This document shows, one piece after another, positions 12,256 through 24,300 of a DNA stretch of 64,000 nt. Numbering within the stretch: the first letter of the stretch is position 1; the number at the start of each line of letters is the position of its first letter. The notes beneath the pieces are model-generated. The model saw nothing but the letters and a program-made list of their open reading frames with translations, was not told the DNA's origin and did no database searches. The stretch lies in assembly GCA_964016885.1 (NCBI GenBank), contig OZ024742.1, forward strand, positions 318,990,001 to 319,054,000. The letters are read 5' to 3'. This stretch comes from Eledone cirrhosa (Eukaryota). A program made the position numbers and the translations under genes.

Positions 12256-12956
12256 TGTAGCGAAATCTGTCCGCGCCTTGAACTTTGGGTGATACCTAGA
12301 GATCAAATTTTAGGTCACCACATTTATTGTGTTAACAAGTTCATGCGTGGGCTGTCCCCTCAGGTTGGGGGACAGGAAGTGACATCTATATATAGACGCT
12401 GTATCAAGCTATCAGACACAGAGATATTGAAGCGCTAGGATACACAACTAATATGTAAGGATTTACTGCTCTCAATAGACCCCAGTGGTCTACAACCAGA
12501 GACATCGGAGCACCCCACTACAGAACAAGCTATGTAAAGATTCACCACTATTCAACAGACCCCATGAGGTCTACAGATACACCAAGAGCGATTGGAACCC
12601 TGCTATACAAAACACAAATGTGGAAGATTCACCGCTGTATGCAGTTCACGGTATTTCTCAGTTACTACAGACCATTCAGAGATATACATACCATACTCTC
12701 TTACTAACACGGTCTAACAACTACTACCACGGTCTCCAAATTCTAACAACAACAACAATTATCTATCGCTCGCTGTTTTCACACCAACAACAACAACAAC
12801 AGACTACAACAGCCTACACATCAACAACAAAATAATATTGTCAATCTTTGCAACTGATGGTAACTTGTTTATTGTACCTTTTAATTGGTTCACGTAAAGT
12901 AAACTATATATAACCAAATCAATTATTCTTATATTCTTTATAATTTTGTTATTACA
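12256..12956 (+). mobile_element. Probable solo LTR
   Basis: TGTAG...TTACA termini, TATATATA box near 12387, internal short direct repeats, no coding capacity; TSD ambiguous. Confidence 0.4.
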
Positions 12957-13321
12957 TTTAACAATCTTGTTATTATCACATATCTAAATAACCACATATA
13001 TCCATCTAAACTTTTCATTTTTAACCCTTCGTTAAATATATATATATTATTACAATTATATAAATTTACCGTAGTATAACAGTGCAAATATGTTTTAAAT
13101 ATATAAATAAATAACATTACAAATGCGTAAATAACATTATAAATTGCTCGCAATTCGTTCAGAAGGACCTTACAATTTTAATGTCTAAACCGTGTCTAAA
13201 CACAATAATATAAATTCATTGAGCAAAAATGATAAAGGAAAGAAAAAAGAAGGAAAAAGGGGGCAGGGCAATTCACCATCAAAGTTAGGGTGATAATCGG
13301 CAGCATCTCACACACTAGGGG

Positions 13322-13430
13322 TTAACTACACACTTGCAACATGCTCGCAGAATTACCACGGGTGATGGCAAGGCTAAGGCGCTGAAATAACCAGGCACCC
13401 TCATCGGTATCACCTGATACCTCAGTAAGG
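13322..13430 (-). mobile_element. CRE-like RLE extreme C-terminal fragment (partly deleted paralog at about 8732-8815)
   Basis: Minus-strand translation LTEVSGDTDEGAWLFQRLSLAITRGNSASMLQVCS*. Confidence 0.7.
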
Positions 13431-13655
13431 TGATGACAAGAAATTAGAGTAATTAAATGTCGTTTAACCCTATGTCAACATTAGGTCGATCTATGATTAA
13501 AGGTGTTCTAATAATGACGATAACGTGTGTTTTTCAAATATAGTGCGTGTAGAACTAAACTTTGCCTTTTATCCTTACGGGGTCGATAAAATAAAGTACC
13601 AGTAATACACTGGGTGATTGATGGCCTTGTGCCAAACGTAGAAACAATTATTTAG

Positions 13656-14354
13656 GGCATAGGTTAAGTTTAACGTCCTCGAAAATGAAACTAGGTTTTC
13701 TGACAAGTGAATGTGTTTGTTAGGGCATAGGTTAAGTTTAACGTCCTCGAAAATGAAACTAGGTTTTCTGACAAGTGAATGTGTTTGTTTGTTTTTTTAC
13801 AATGAAATTTACGATACACTCTTTGTTTATTTACAACAGGTCTCTATAGTGATATGGTGTTAATTAGTATTGCGTGTGTGATTATTTTCTCTTATATATA
13901 TATGTGTGGGTGTGTATATGTGTGTCTGTATATATATATATATGTGTTTGTATATATATATGTGTTTGTGTCATCATCATCGTTTAGATGTTTTTGTAAT
14001 ATCTTGCCAAAGTTGGCACCAACTATAAACAAATTAAGGCCGGGTCATAAGAAGGACAGAGAATGATAAGAGATTTGGGTAAAAACATGTAAACGATGAT
14101 GATGACACAAACACATATATATATACAAACACACATATATATATACATACAGACACACATATACACATCCACACACATATATATAAGAGAAAATAATCAC
14201 ACACGCAATACTAATTAACACCATATCACTATAGAGACCTGTTGTAAATAAACAAAGAGTGTATCGTAAATTTCATTGTAAAAAAAAAAAAACACACATT
14301 CACTTGTCAGAAAACCTAGTTTCATTTTCGAGGACGTTAAACTTAACCTATGCC
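13656..14354. mobile_element. Mutator-like non-autonomous foldback element
   Basis: About 272-bp TIRs (13724-13995 / 14081-14354) starting GGCATAGGTTAAG; 85-bp spacer; 9-bp TSD ATTATTTAG (13647-13655, 14355-14363); 68-bp tandem duplication of the left end. Confidence 0.88.
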
Positions 14355-14489
14355 ATTATTTAGTAGATCTTTATTTAAGATAATAAAGTGTGCTTTGGGG
14401 GAAGATTTGGCTGCTATTTCTAACTGTTCGAACAACAAACCTCAACTTTACTCTAATGAACATTAAGTCTTTCGCTTACACTAAGATAT

Positions 14490-14935
14490 ATTTCTTTATT
14501 AGCCACAAGAGCGCTCAAGAAAAGGGGACAAAACAAGGACACATGCCGGGGATTTTACATACAATCGTGTAAAAATATTAAAACAAACAAATATAACAAT
14601 CGAAATCCCCAATAGGGGGGAGGCACCACAAATGGGTTGTTTAATACCACGTAGATAGAACAACCCTCAACTTCAGGAGCGTGTTGTGCAAGTGCTCCTT
14701 TCTTCCTTTTGCCCTCTTCTTCAACCTACAGGTTTATATATCACTCGGGCCATTTTTGCCACATTCACCCACCTTTCAGTAAATTTACTGGCGTGCAGTG
14801 CCTCTCTCTCCACTCTGATTCTCCTTCTAAAGTGGTACCTAAAGAAGGGAATGAGTTGTTGTCCGGTGAGAAAGGCATCTGTCCTCAGTCCTCTCAATCT
14901 CGTCCACCATATAACCTCTTTCACCATAGCCACTA
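14490..14935 (-). mobile_element. Tx1/L1-like LINE 3' fragment
   Basis: Minus ORF AMVKEVIWWTR...F....RIRVE...FTERW resembles the L1/Tx1 ORF2 C-terminus; AATAAA-containing tail; absent from duplication copy A. Confidence 0.6.
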
Positions 14936-15162
14936 TAGCAATTCTATAAGTTCATAAAGCAATTAAATACATTGCCCTTTTCTCAAAACTTTCATTGTTT
15001 TTATTTGATAAACAATTCATATGGGTATCTCGAAGGTGAATGAAAATAAGTCATTGGAAAATTATCACAATTTTAACTAGAAAAATGTATACATTTCATT
15101 TAAATACCATAAATAATGGTTAAAGTGTGTAAACAATAGTTTATGTAGCTTATTAACCGATC

Positions 15163-15905
15163 CTACATGACTTGCTTGTTTTCGTGCGGCCTCCAAACCC
15201 CACAGTGGTGCCTAGCTCCATGCCCTGCCCTCCTTCTCCACTGGCACGCAGCTAGACAACCATAGCCTGCGAACGGCGTTTCCGAGACTCGGCCTCCGGA
15301 TCTGCCAGCCACACCAATGTCGCTGCGGTTCCACCGTGGACTCTTTCGGCCTCCACCCGCTTTCCTGTCCCCACAGTGCCAGTCGCATTCCACGCCATGC
15401 TGCCCTCAACGAGGTCATTAAGCATGGCTTCGACGCTGCAGGCTTCCCTTCCCAGCTCGAGCCGGTGGGGCTGGATCAAGAGGACAGCAAAAGGCCAGAT
15501 GGCATGACCATCTTCCCGTTCCGCGGTGGCAAACCCCTCGTCTGGGATGCCACTTGCACCGACACTTTCTGCAGCCGCAACCTGGTGCATTCTGCGACTG
15601 ACCCAGGTTCTGCTGCACGTCGGGCTGAGGGGGCCAAACTCCTCAAATACCGGTTGCTCTCCGACAGGTTTGCGGTCGTACCCCTGGCAGTGGAGACTTC
15701 TGGTGTCCTCGGCCCCAGGGCTACCTCCTTACTCACCACCATAGGCGCTGAGCTGGCCAGCCGCAGGTGTGAGCCCGGCGAGTTGGAGTGGCTTTTCCAG
15801 CGCGTCTCCCTTGCCGTCCTCCAGGGAAACGCCTTCTCCATTCTGTCCGCCGGGGCTGTGGGTGGGCCCCATCGCGCACCGTTGTAGTTGTTGTATACAG
15901 ATATT
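15163..15905 (+). mobile_element. CRE-like non-LTR retrotransposon 3' end with RLE domain
   Basis: ORF 15336-15887 has H.LSC, RHAALN, EPVGL, KRPDG...LVWDATCTDT, K..KY, PLAVETSG and WLFQRVSLAVLQGNA; GC-rich island ending next to (TA)n(TG)n. Confidence 0.8.
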
Positions 15906-15925
15906 ATATTACGTTGTAGTAGAAG

Positions 15926-16026
<101 letters not shown>

Positions 16027-16460
16027 CGTCTTCAGTATTAGAAGGAGAAAATTAGTGACGGAAATATATGAATGTTTATTTATATAATGGCATTACAAGT
16101 ATGTGAAAATAAAAATTACTCTTTTGTCCGTATTTTCAACACCTTCCCATTTGAATATCGTTGCTGACCAATGTCCGTCCATAGGAAGAAGATACCGATA
16201 TTAATTTACCATTGTTGAATAAATGATAAATGTGGTATTACCAGTAAAATGATTTTTTTTCAATATGCCTTTATTCTATCTAATAATTCTTTCTAGCATT
16301 GGCACAAGGCCAGCAACTCGAAAGAGGAAAGTCGATTGCATCGACTTAATTACATCGACCCCGAAAGGATAAAGACAAAGTTGACCTTAGCAGGATTTGA
16401 ATTCAGAACGTAGTAACTAAATACTGCAAAGCATTTTGTCTGACTCTCTACCGATACGGC

Positions 16461-17094
16461 TGTAGCGGCATTACTTCATAGCTCGCAATAACAATCTTTC
16501 ATGCACGAGTTGGTCACTGGTTGACCGATCGTGTAAGTCGCGCATGAATATACTTACTTCTGCCCAACTAAGAATTTCGTGCTTCTTTTGTTGACTAGAG
16601 TTAGTTGCTGCTTTCACTTCAAGAAATAACATCAATTTTCCTAAATGTAACGCTAAATAAGAAACTTTGGCCCTATCGGCGAGGAACCGATTTCTTTCAT
16701 CAAACACTTATTTTTGTTCATTTACTTTTGCGGCACGACAGCAACAATTATTGTTGTAAATAAAGCATTTGTAAAAACGTTTATAAAGCCTTCTGATATT
16801 TCTGCCACCAACGAATCTGCTCACACACTAAAAATATAACGTCGGATGTGATATGGGAAAATCCGTTTTCCCAAGGTAATATCACCACAAGTGAGTATAA
16901 TATCTGACTTCGCTAAGTCACTTGCCTACAAGTCACTCACTTGCCTACAACTTTGTTAGAGATTCATCTCCTTTCGTGGCGACGACCTTCAACCAAACTA
17001 CAGCCATTAATAACTTCAATAACGTTACATCTATTGCTACAAACATCATTTCCCGCTATCACAACTAACTAAACATTCTTTTCCTGCTATTACA
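16461..17094. mobile_element. LTR-like repeat inserted into a SINE head; diverged relative at about 19270-19830
   Basis: TGTA...TACA termini interrupt a minus-strand SINE (16290-16460 plus 17095-17112); shares AGCCTTCTGATA.TTCTGCCACCA and GATATGGGAAAAT...CCCAAGGTAATATCAC with 19540-19702. Confidence 0.45.
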
Positions 17095-17499
17095 ATACAC
17101 TTCCGCCACCTTTATATTCAATCTAATAATAAGGAAACAGCTGTTCTACAAGAGGTTTGGTCACACGTGGCAGATAGCGATACGGCCACCAGATATGATG
17201 GTTAGTTGCGATATAAGTGGACACCTACCGGACAAATAAGTAACTGGACAAACCGGTAACTACTAGGGGAGATGGAGCAATGGGTGATACCTACAGCTCT
17301 GAAGAAAACTCTCACAACCTAGTGATGTAGCTATGACGAATAAGACCACCAAAACTGAGAGGTAACAAAAAGAATCATACTGCATCATCCTTCGTGCAGG
17401 TTACAAGGAATGCGTTCAGGCCTTAGGTAAGGAGGCCTGTTCGAAATACATATTGCCGTCTCCATTTCATGCTGTAAAAATTAGCGATGGGCCTGCAAC

Positions 17500-19255
17500 C
17501 TGTCTTGAGAAGCATGGGATGGATGCACAAAGACGGCGTATCTCGAGACCCCAAAGAGGGTCTGGAAGGGAGCAAGCCGTAACAATTGGAACCTGGAACA
17601 TTACAACTCTTAGAGGTAATGATCAAGAACTAGTGCACAGGCTAGATATAATCGGGGTTTCCTCAACAAAGTTCTGCAGATTTGGATGTAGGATGGAAAC
17701 TCCACTATTCAGGTGTGGTGCCAGAAATGGCTGCACGTGCGGGAGTGGGGATACAAGCCCGCCAGCTGTCAGAATATGTTATAGACTGGATCCCATTAAT
17801 GGAGAGGTTTTGCCTCTTGGTGCTTAGGCCAAAAGATAGGTCACTGTGTATGGTGCAAGTTTATGCACCAAACAAAGAGTTTGAACACAGCTCCTTGTTG
17901 AAGTCACTGCATCGTTAGATATAGTTAAGGCTGAGTCATATATCCTAATGGGGAACTTCAATGCACATGTTGGCAGTGAACACTTGACATGATTGGAAGG
18001 AACAGCGATCTAGATCTAAATATGAAGGGAGAGGTCTTATTAGACTTCTGTTCTAGCAATGGATACTCTATTATAAACACCCTACTCCAGCACAAACACA
18101 TCCATAAATATACCTGGTATAAGGGGAATCAGGGACAGAGATCAATACTTTTTTTGTTATTGACTCTGATCTCTTCGATTCTGGGCTGGGTGCTCGTGTT
18201 AAGTGAGGGGCTGAGCTGTCAACTGATCAGCATCTAGTTATTTGCAACTTGAGACTACATAACGCAAAGAAACCCACAAAGCTGGCAGAGCCAGGTCGAC
18301 CTACCGGATAAAGTGGAAAGCGTTGGTGGATAAGGATGTCAGAACCAGGTATAATGATACTTTTGCATCCAAATACAGAGAACTCCCTGAGTAAACTTAG
18401 GACGTTGAAACGGAATGGAGACTATTTAAATCAGAAATTTCTGCTTCAGCTGTTAAATGCTGCAAGTATTTGTGCTCAGATAAATGGTGTTAAATCAAAA
18501 CCATTCAATGTAGGAAAAGGACAGAGCTAATGGTGCGAACTATTACCTCTCCTGTTCATAATCTTCATGAGCAGGATTGACCATGCGCAACCGGGTTAGA
18601 AGTAATATCACTGGAATTTGCAGACAACATGGAATTAGTTAACTTATCAGAAGGTGATCTCCGACTTTCACTTGATAGGTTTGATGCCAAGTGCTGCACG
18701 GCTGGAATGAAAATCGGTACTACGAAGACTGAGATGCTCGTCCCACAAGGAAGCCTGTGTAGTGCACTCTACATGTGAATGTTGTTCCACTGAAACGGGT
18801 GGAGAAATTCAAGTATCTCAGAGCCGTGTTCATGAGTGATGGAAGGCAGGAGGCTGAATTGAATACAAGAATCGCAGGAGCTGGTGCAGTAATGTGCCAG
18901 CTTCAGCATTTGATAATCAGAAGATGGGAGGTAGGTGTAAAAACCAAACTCACTATCTTCAATTCGGTATTCGTGCCAACCCTTACCTATAGTCATGAAT
19001 CTTGGGTAATGACCGAAAGAATATGATTGCGAATACAAGCGGCCGAAATGGGGTTCCCCCGGAGGGTCTTTGGAGTAACGTTACTCGGTAGGATGCGTAG
19101 CTTGAAGATCAGAGGGTCACTCAAAGTAGAACCGCTACTTCTCTGAATTGAGAGATCACAGCTCCGATACTATGAGCATGTGGTTATAATGTCTCAGGAA
19201 AGAGTCGCGGGACAGATTATACTGGCAAAACCAACCAGCAGGAGACCCAGGATAA
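17500..19255 (+). pseudogene. Degenerate RTE-clade LINE (APE endonuclease plus RT C-terminus, internally deleted)
   Basis: IGTWNITTL, VQVYAP, GNFNAHVG, HKYTWY, VEKFKYL, PTLTYSHESW across many frameshifts and stops. Confidence 0.85.
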
Positions 19256-20527
19256 CTTATTTATTTCCGCCTAGCAAAACGAATTCGCACTTTTTTTCTC
19301 TTTTAAACAGCTGCTGCCTTCACTTCGAGGAGACAATACCTAATTACGTTCCTGGTCGATACTAGCAAGATGAAGCACTAAACAAGAAACTTTGGTCTTC
19401 TCAGTAAGGGCCCAACTACTTTCTTCCTACACAATAACCAACACTTTATTTTTGTTCAACTTACTCATGCGGCATGCCAGCAGCATTTTATTGTAATATT
19501 TTACGGAAGAAAATAAATCCTTTATAAAATGTTTTAACAGCCTTCTGATAATTTCTGCCACCATTGAATCTTCACACATCTTTAAAATATTTCTTCTGAG
19601 ATGCTCATTCAACCAACAATCAACAACTAAACCACATCTTTAACTGATAAAGTGGTTACCCGACATGATATGGGAAAATTAATTTCCCCAAGGTAATATC
19701 ACTTCACACCACAAGAGAGTACAGTTTTTGTTTCCTTAACTATGGCATAGTTTCTCTCAACTCACTGAGATCGACTTCACTTACTTGCCACAACAACAAC
19801 AAATAACATCAATTTTTCTGCTAAAAGTACTCAAGCGGAGCTACTGACCTCCCAAACAGATCAGGGGTCCGCATCTCGTTTACATATGGCCCCACGCTCT
19901 GCCGAGTGCATTTTATCGTGACACCAGCTCTAAAGAGATTCTTATGTATTTGACATAATTGAAGCATGTACTGTGTGTGTTTAACACGAGAGATTGTTAT
20001 GCAGTTGACTGAAGGGATCTCTCGACTCTATTTAGTATGGTTTCTACAGTGGGGTACCTTTCCTACTTCCAACCACTTCACAATGAGTAGGGTTCTGCGT
20101 GCATTTATCTGTTTATATTGTAGCTCACCAAACGAGAGAGGTTGTCGGATTTTTGTCCCAACCGAAGAGTCCTCTCTGCTCTGTTGGGGGAAGGGTGACC
20201 TCCGATGGTATAGGGGAGGAAAATGTAGTGATGGTGAGAATAGCTAAGGAGTGGCAGTGGTGCAGGCATGGGTGAGGTGGTGGTGTACGGGGGGAGGATA
20301 GAGACAGTAGTTACCAGGGTGTGTAAGTGGGGTTATCTAAGGAGTTTAGACGGGGGTGGGGATAGCTAAAGAGAGATAATGGGGGGGGGGTATGGATGGA
20401 GTGTGAGTACAGTGATGGTGAGAATCACAACTAGGGAATGCTAGTGGATGGGGAGACCCAAGGATGGGTCAGGTCACATTTTATGGTGGTAGACATTAAT
20501 ATATACATATATACGTGTGTGTGTGTG

Positions 20528-20540
20528 TACATACATACAT

Positions 20541-20571
<31 letters not shown>

Positions 20572-20631
20572 TACATACATACATACATACATACATACAT
20601 ACATACATACATACATACATACATACATACA
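20528..20631. repeat. (TACA)n microsatellite about 130 bp upstream of the GILT ATG
   Basis: Direct reading. Confidence 0.9.
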
Positions 20632-20763
20632 TTGTTCATAATGGCATCAGTTGACCTTTAAAACAACATTTTTAAAAATATTATTTAAATAAGTTGAAAT
20701 TATTAGTCAGAGTCACATCTTGTTGTCTCCTTCTCCGAGTGACCTATTTCAAACACTTTAGTC

Positions 20764-20904
20764 ATGGCCTTCCTTCGAATAAACATGATGGCTTTTATCA
20801 GCCTAATGTTAACAGGTTACCTCATGTCGGAGAAAGATCCAAACGACTGCCATGTTCCACCCAGTGTCTGGTGTTCGTCAGTAAATATTGCTTCCCAGTG
20901 TAAG
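20764..20904 (+). CDS. IFI30: GILT exon 1 (signal peptide plus most of a saposin-A-type Cys motif)
   Basis: MAFLRINMMAFISLMLTGYLMSEKDPNDCHVPPSVWCSSVNIASQCK, then donor AAG|GTAAGT at 20905. Confidence 0.88.
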
Positions 20905-21266
20905 GTAAGTGAGATAACTTTCTGTGTACATATTGCAATAGTCGCAACATAAACAAACATATAACCAGGAGAGAACGGGACTTGTGGTGTATGTTTGGTT
21001 GTGTGTGTGTGTGTGTGGGGGGGGGGGTCTTCTCCCACATTTTATTTTCCCCTCTTTATAAAAATGAAAAATAACAGATCAGCTATGATCAAAGACGTTC
21101 CAGTTATGGCCATCTCGTCTCGTTGGTTATAGTTCTATAGATAGAACTATATTATCCAATCTATTCTCTTTTGTATATTTCAACAAGATTTGGTAGACTC
21201 TCTCTCTCTCTCTCTCTATTTCCCTCTCTTTTTATCTCTCAATCTCTCACTCTTTCTCTCTCTCTC

Positions 21267-21326
<60 letters not shown>

Positions 21327-24300
21327 CTATATTATATTATATTATATTATATTTATATACTAATATATAAGTTTTTAATCACGACATAAGGTTATGGTAT
21401 AATTACCAAATAAAGATTTTATCGATTATTTCACATTCGTTGATTTAGTCTTCAGTGATTGCCTTTCTTTTCCGATGAAGAATCCAGAGATGATAAGGAT
21501 GAATTTTGTCACTCTTTCTCAAATCCATTGCGGTGTAGACCTTAGCTTTCGTCCGTCTGAGATCGATAAAATTAATATTTTCGACTATACCATACCTTTA
21601 ATCCCCTAAAAAATGTGTCATGTATGTCTAGTAAAAAAAAATCATTTATTAGAATTGTATTTCCATCTTTTAAATCTGATTATTGTGTTCGAATACGTTT
21701 TATTATTGTTGTTTAACCTCGGGTAAACTTTATAATAATAATAATAATTGTTTCTACTTTTGGCACAAGGCCAGCAATTACCTAGTGCATTACTGGTACC
21801 TTATTTTATCGACCCCGTAAGGATGAAAGGCAAATAATAATAAAAATTATTGTGTACAGTGCTCAGGTAGCGAGCACTCCCATGATCAAAGATATTATAG
21901 CCATGGCCATCCTGTCTTTTTACGCTCTAATAATAAATAATATGAATCAAAATAATATCATATTTTATACTGGAACATAATCAAGAACTGTCATCTACAA
22001 CTTGTATTTAGAAAATTGTGAAGAAACCAAGCTGGAGGTTAGTTATTTATATTTAAAACATTTGCAATGTTATTCTACTGTAAATTTATACTAAAATATA
22101 GTTATTCCTACAACGATACATACTACTTTTAATATAGAATTCTGTTTTCTGTAATACAGTATCTTTTTAAATATTGACGGATTTACTCTTAACTAGTAGG
22201 GTGGTTATTATCATCAGCAAATACCAATATTATCTTCTTGTTGATAACTTCATTTTTAAACAAGAAACTAGCTAAAGTAACAGCGTATACTCTGCCGTAA
22301 ATATAAATATACAGATTTTAGGTTATTTCTATACATAAGTTGACTCAAGCTGGCAAAATCTTTATTTTTTAGTGTGTATTTATCTATTTGTAATGAAATT
22401 ATGGCCAGATTATAACATTGTACTGTCAAAGTATCGGCTGCTCTCTGATATGTTTGTAGTCAAGCCTGTGGCAGTGGAAACTTCTGGCGTTCTTAGTCAC
22501 CTCCAGACTACATCCCCACTCACTGCTATCGGAACGAAGTTGGCTATCCGCTAGTGCGAGCCCCGCGAAGCAGAGTGGATGTTCCAGCGTATCTCTCTCT
22601 TACCATCATCCGAGGCAATATTTTCGTTTAATACGGTATTAAACGAAATCACTTAAACTTTAACTCTACAACATACTTCAGCAATGCTAGTATAGTCACT
22701 GCCCCCGTCTCTCTCGCTCTCCCCATGTCTCACTATTATAAGCAAATGAGGCCCCACGGCCCCGGCGACAGAATAGAGAAGGCGTTTATTACGGCACAGG
22801 ATACCAGAAGTCTCCACTGAACACATGGTTGCTTAGAGTTTATGTTAAACAAAATTACAAGTGGTATACTCACATGACATCTGTTATATAAGCTCTTATG
22901 TAACAGATGTCATATATGGGGGAAGAGAAACGATCAGTACACGCCACAACAAGAGGCGCTGTAGGAGTGTAAAAGTAACCAACGTTCGTTTTTGTTGTTG
23001 GTTGATCGACATCATATAAACTTCTTATTCTTCTACATTGAGTGACTCTAATCTCCGAGCTACTTGAGTAACGGAGAAACCCCATTTCGGACGCTTGTAT
23101 TTGCAATCGTATTCTTTCATATAAACATGGATAATTAAATTGATTTAGTAAGAAAGGATTTAGTATTTGAAAAGATTTAGTAATATCACTTTTCTCATTA
23201 TTAAACTGATGACAGGACCACATCCTTACATAAAAATATAATGGAAAGTTTTTAGATAGATATAATCCCTTAAATATAATGGTTTTCTATCATTGAACCA
23301 GTGGCAGTTTCGTGTGGTATAGTATCAAAAAGATTAAGGAAGAACTTGAGGACTTTTTTTTCACAATGTGGTCTCTTCAATAGTAAAATAAACTTTTTAT
23401 TTAGTATGTTTTCTATGGTTGAATGCTCTTCCTATCACCAACCACTTTACAGAGTGTACAGAGAACGTTTCATTATGATACCAACAAAAGGGAGGTTGTT
23501 GTGCCCTTGACACAACTGAAGATCCTCTCAACCTTTGTGTGACAAGTTTTCTACAACTAGATAGCCTTCCTAATGCCAAGGATTTTACAAAATGTAGCAG
23601 GTACATTTTCCATGGCCCCAGCACTGGAGAGGTTGTCATGTCCATGACATCACTGAAGTGTTCTCTCAAACTTTCTGACATGAATTCTATGGTGGGACAC
23701 TCTTTCCAATACCAACCAGTTTACAGAATGTACCAGGTGCATTTTACCATGGCACGAACAGTAGGGAGGTAGTTGAGCTGCTGATACAACTGAAGAGTGC
23801 TCTCTATCCTATGGTGAGTGGGGATGTCTAGCTCTAAAACACAGTTTATAGAGTGAGAATGTGTGTAAGAAAGAAGATAAGTCTGATTGTGTGTAAGAAA
23901 GAAGATAAGTCTGATGACAATAGGTGTGGGAGTGAGGAATGGAAAAAGACAGAGAAAGATTCAATATTTCTGCAACAACCACCAAATACTATAATTGCTT
24001 ACATGCAATAATTGTTTCTACTTTAGGCACAAGGCCAGCAATTACCAAGTGCATTACTGGTACTTTATTTTATCGACCCCGTAAGGATGAAAGGCAAAGT
24101 CAACCTCGGCGGGATTTGAACTCAGATCGTAAAGGGACGTAACTATGCTGGAAAGCATGGCGTCCGACCCTCCACCGATACTGCCAATCCACCGCCCTTG
24201 CTTACATGCAATAATGTTGTTTAAACATAAAGAATCCTAAGACCTCATCCAAACTTTTGAAGTATCCAGAATTGTTAGCAATTAGTCTTATAGAGTTAAT

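Larger units (their letters stand above)
13030..15000 (+). repeat. Local duplication, copy B (carries two extra insertions)
   Basis: Collinear with 8420-9415 once 13656-14363 and about 14490-14935 are removed. Confidence 0.88.

Noticed and set aside
16461-19830. RTE LINE apparently flanked by two LTRs (composite element)
   Set aside because: The two LTR-like copies are strongly diverged, no PBS, PPT or shared TSD is seen, and the left copy is independently nested in a SINE.
20700-20763. CLEAR/TFEB-like motif (GTCACAT, GTGACC) upstream of the lysosomal gene
   Set aside because: Only half-sites; no complete CACGTG or CATGTG box, and the transcription start is unknown.
24013-24197. tRNA genes suggested by A/B boxes in the SINE heads
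   Set aside because: No cloverleaf; each is followed by a SINE body and tail, and this copy has a TSD.
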